DNA from: Basidiobolus meristosporus CBS 931.73
Lineage: Eukaryota; Fungi; Basidiobolomycota
Assembly (NCBI GenBank): GCA_002104905.1
Contig: MCFE01000173.1
Coordinates: forward strand, 79,280 to 143,279
Direction of reading: 5' to 3'
Length of the DNA stretch: 64,000 nucleotides
Shown here: piece after piece, positions 61,428 to 64,000 of the stretch
How the letters are laid out: every line of letters begins with the position of its first letter
Numbering within the stretch: position 1 is the stretch's first letter
Notes under the pieces: generated by a model
Told to the model about the DNA's origin: nothing
Databases searched by the model: none
Seen by the model: the letters and a program-made list of their open reading frames with translations, nothing else
Program-made: the position numbers and the translations under genes

Positions 61428-62936
61428 TCAGGCAGAGGTTGTAGCTTCTTCAGAGGCAGCATTGATAATGTGACCTGCAGAGTCCCAGAGCTCTTCAAAT
61501 GGTGCATCACTTAAGTCAGCAAGGAGGGAAATGGCATGATTCTTGAGGAAGTATGCCACATCATAGGAGGGGGCTTGTCTCTTGATGGCAGCAAAGAAAG
61601 ACAGAATGGCAACATGGGCTGGAGGCTTGTTGAACAGTAGAGAGTCAGAGGATTCAGATTCTTCAGGCACTATCTTGAAGTCAGTTTTCAGCCAGTTAAG
61701 GTTCTTCTCCACAAAGGCAACAAATGGGTCAGCAATGTTTTGGTCTAGGATAACCTCCAGAATCTTCCCTTTTCTCCAGGCCAGGTTGACAATTCTTGAG
61801 AGCTGAATATTGCATGCCTTGAGTGCTTTCCTGATGTTGGAAATGGGAGTCCAGGGAACTTGCTTCAAGTACACCACAGTCCAGGTAGAAGCTGGTGGTA
61901 GGTTTGCTGGGGGCTTGTAAGTCCTTCTGTGTTGCAATGGAGCTGCAGTAGTCAGATTGGAGTCCACATTCTCAGTAGAAGGTTTTCTTGATGTGTCTTG
62001 CTGAATAGTCCTGGAGCTTGATGTGCTGACAATTCTTGCTAGAACCTTGCCTGCATAAGTCTGAGGTATAGCTGAGGTGACTGTAGAGGTGGTGGCAGCT
62101 GGTGCAGGTGGAGAGGCAGAGACTGAAGCAGGAACTGAGGTCACTTGGGAGAAGGCAGTGGAAGCAGGTTTTCTGGGAGGAACAGAGTTCACTATCCAGT
62201 TGTTCTGTAAAACACTGGAGTAGCTTTTCTGTGGAACAGGATCTTGCTCTTGAACAGGAACAGAAGCAGGAGGCTGGGGCTGAGCAGTAGTGGTAAGGCA
62301 GTGGCACTCCAAGGAAGCTTTTTGCAAGGCATCTCTGGCAGTTTTCAGGGCAGTATTGGCTTCATTCTTAAGCTTCTTGCATTGGGCATCCAGTCTCTTG
62401 TTTTCAATAGCCAGGGCAGTATTGGCAGCCTCTAAATCAGCAATTCTCTTCTCAATTGCAAGGAATCTCTGAAGAAATGCATCAGTAGAAGTGCTGGCAT
62501 CTGGGAGAGCAGTGGCAGGAATAGAGTCCATTGACAGTGGGCTTCTTGGAGGCAAGGAAAGTGGACCGGCAGATTCAGGCACAAAAGGAGATATCCTGGC
62601 AGGAGGAGAAGGAGTATCCAAGACAGTAACAGAGGCAATTCTTGTTGGTGAAGCAGCAGCAGGGGAGGCAAGCCTGTTCAGAAACTGGGCAGGAGAGAGT
62701 GCTTGAGGAGAGGGAGTCTTCAGCTTGCCAAGCATGTCTTCCATCAGAGTGATACCAATATTCCTGGTGCATTTGCAGAGAAAAGTAAGCTTCCTGAGTC
62801 TGCCAGCTCTTCCATTCCTTCTGATAGTTCCTTTGTTTCCACAGTTGGGGCAAGAAATCTTCTTGACAGACTTGTCAAAGCAATCAAGAACCTTCCTTTC
62901 AGGTGTAGTGGGTTCCTGTTGAGGTTTTGGTGGCAT
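61428..62936 (-). CDS. ORF1 (502 aa): Zn-ribbon, coiled coil, low-complexity linker, RRM-like C-terminal domain
   Basis: ATG at 62936, CPNC-x21-CKC, heptads LAIEKRIADLEAANTALAIENKRL, and a C-terminal domain homologous to ORF 63348-63770. Confidence 0.85.
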   Translation of the reverse strand: MPPKPQQEPTTPERKVLDCFDKSVKKISCPNCGNKGTIRRNGRAGRLRKLTFLCKCTRNIGITLMEDMLGKLKTPSPQALSPAQFLNRLASPAAASPTRIASVTVLDTPSPPARISPFVPESAGPLSLPPRSPLSMDSIPATALPDASTSTDAFLQRFLAIEKRIADLEAANTALAIENKRLDAQCKKLKNEANTALKTARDALQKASLECHCLTTTAQPQPPASVPVQEQDPVPQKSYSSVLQNNWIVNSVPPRKPASTAFSQVTSVPASVSASPPAPAATTSTVTSAIPQTYAGKVLARIVSTSSSRTIQQDTSRKPSTENVDSNLTTAAPLQHRRTYKPPANLPPASTWTVVYLKQVPWTPISNIRKALKACNIQLSRIVNLAWRKGKILEVILDQNIADPFVAFVEKNLNWLKTDFKIVPEESESSDSLLFNKPPAHVAILSFFAAIKRQAPSYDVAYFLKNHAISLLADLSDAPFEELWDSAGHIINAASEEATTSA

Positions 62937-63020
62937 ATCCAGAGTTTCAGCTTCAAATTTCAATTTTTGAGATTTTTGGGTGATTTTTGATGGGCGGGAT
63001 CAAAATTAGGGTTAGGGTTA

Positions 63021-63214
63021 CGTGCTGTGACTGCTTTTTACGATCGCAAGGTCAGATCCTAGGAAAAAATAAAAATAGTTAGTAAAGGTGATTCAATGGA
63101 TGGATGGATGGATTCGGAGTCAGATTCAATCAAAAAATCAAATCGTTGACTAAATTAAAGAGGAAAAAATAAAAATAGTTAGTAAAGGTGATTTAATGGA
63201 TGGATGGATGGATT
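63021..63214. repeat. Spacer between telomere remnants containing a 54-bp direct repeat with 100-bp period
   Basis: AGGAAAAAATAAAAATAGTTAGTAAAGGTGATT(C/T)AATGGATGGATGGATGGATT at 63061-63114 and 63161-63214. Confidence 0.85.
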
Positions 63215-63770
63215 AGGGTTAGGGGAGGGAAAGTCACCAAGGTAGGTGAAATCTTTATTTGATTGCAGACAAGTCTAACTACAAATAAAGAAGCCAGCTG
63301 GGAATAGAAGATTCCCAAAGTAAACACTAAGTTGAATATTAATAAATCTAAGCTAAAGTTAAGGCAGTATCCCAGAGTACACTGGAGTTCAGGTTCATGG
63401 GGGAGTGAAGTAGATAAGCTTGAGAGATATAATAATCTTTGAGGAAGTGGGTAACAGCAGGTGAAGGGGAGTTTTTGATAAGTGAAGTGAATCTTGAGAG
63501 CAAAGATTCCTCTAATGAGAAGGTCTTGTAAACTGGAGAATCAGGAAACTCTTTAAAGGCATGGTCAGTAGGTTTCCAGTAAAACTGGTCAGAGACATTT
63601 TGAGAGAACTCTTTAGCAATACTTTTGTCAAGTACTACCTCCAGAGTGTGATTGTTGATAAATCTCATGTTAACAATCTTGGATAAATTGTAACCTTGTT
63701 GCTTGAGATACATCCTATGCTCAGATATAGGAATGAACTCCACATTGGCAAAGTAGCAGACAGCCCAGTC
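63213..63770 (-). mobile_element. 5'-truncated ORF1-only (non-autonomous) telomeric retroelement
   Basis: Open frame from the telomere junction (DWAVCYFANVEFIPIS...) to the stop at 63348, homologous to the ORF1 C-terminus. About 125 bp of 3' UTR sharing the 3' terminus of the 4.4-kb element. Starts at TTAGGGTTAGGG. Confidence 0.85.
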
Positions 63771-64000
63771 TTAGGGTTAGGGTTAGGGTTAGGGTTAGGG
63801 TTAGGGTTAGGGTTAGGGTTAGGGTTAGGGTTAGGGTTAGGGTTAGGGTTAGGGTTAGGGTTAGGGTTAGGGTTAGGGTTAGGGTTAGGGTTAGGGTTAG
63901 GGTTAGGGTTAGGTTAGGGTTAGGGTTAGGGTTAGGGTTAGGGTTAGGGTTAGGGTTAGGGTTAGGGTTAGGGTTAGGGTTAGGGTTAGGGTTAGGGTAG
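63771..64000 (+). repeat. Telomere (TTAGGG)n, about 38 units
   Basis: Tandem TTAGGG to the window end, with one TTAGG unit at 63909-63913. Confidence 0.99.

Larger units (their letters stand above)
58596..63005 (-). mobile_element. Apparently full-length telomere-associated non-LTR retrotransposon (about 4.4 kb)
   Basis: Bounded by TTAGGG at 58596 and TTAGGGTTAGGGTTA at 63006. Two long open ORFs, no LTRs, no poly(A) tract. Confidence 0.92.

Noticed and set aside
62937-62963. ORF-track start of ORF1 at TTG, and similar alternative starts for the cyclin and the 272-aa ORF
   Set aside because: In a eukaryotic context I used the first in-frame ATG instead.
63909-63913. Single TTAGG variant unit in the telomere
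   Set aside because: A one-base homopolymer difference cannot be distinguished from sequencing error.
63696-63917. ORF-track protein with (GL)n repeats
   Set aside because: It is only the translation of the TTAGGG telomere.

Overview
Right-hand end of a eukaryotic, almost certainly fungal, chromosome: it has spliceosomal GT-AG introns, RAD4, Rho, PHO85-type cyclin and guanine deaminase genes, and a (TTAGGG)n telomere at 63771-64000. An early-diverging fungal lineage is an inference only. There are three zones. (1) 1-~31700 is a nearly CpG-free nest of decayed Ty3/Gypsy, Ty1/Copia, solo LTRs, CACTA/EnSpm-type DNA transposon copies and a 732-bp foldback element. (2) ~31700-56460 is CpG-normal gene-containing DNA with rad4/XPC, a Rho GTPase, a cyclin, two hypothetical proteins and a signal-peptide-bearing guanine deaminase. 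(3) 56759-64000 is a telomere-associated array of non-LTR retroelements, all oriented 5'-distal and each starting at a TTAGGG remnant. The array holds a 3' relic, an intact-looking 4.4-kb element (ORF1, then APE endonuclease-RT ORF2 in the same frame behind a single UGA-CUA stop) and a divergent ORF1-only element with the same 3' stem-loop that is cut off by the current telomere. This autonomous plus gag-only telomeric retroelement pair, reminiscent of TART/HeT-A, is the most likely novel system in the window.
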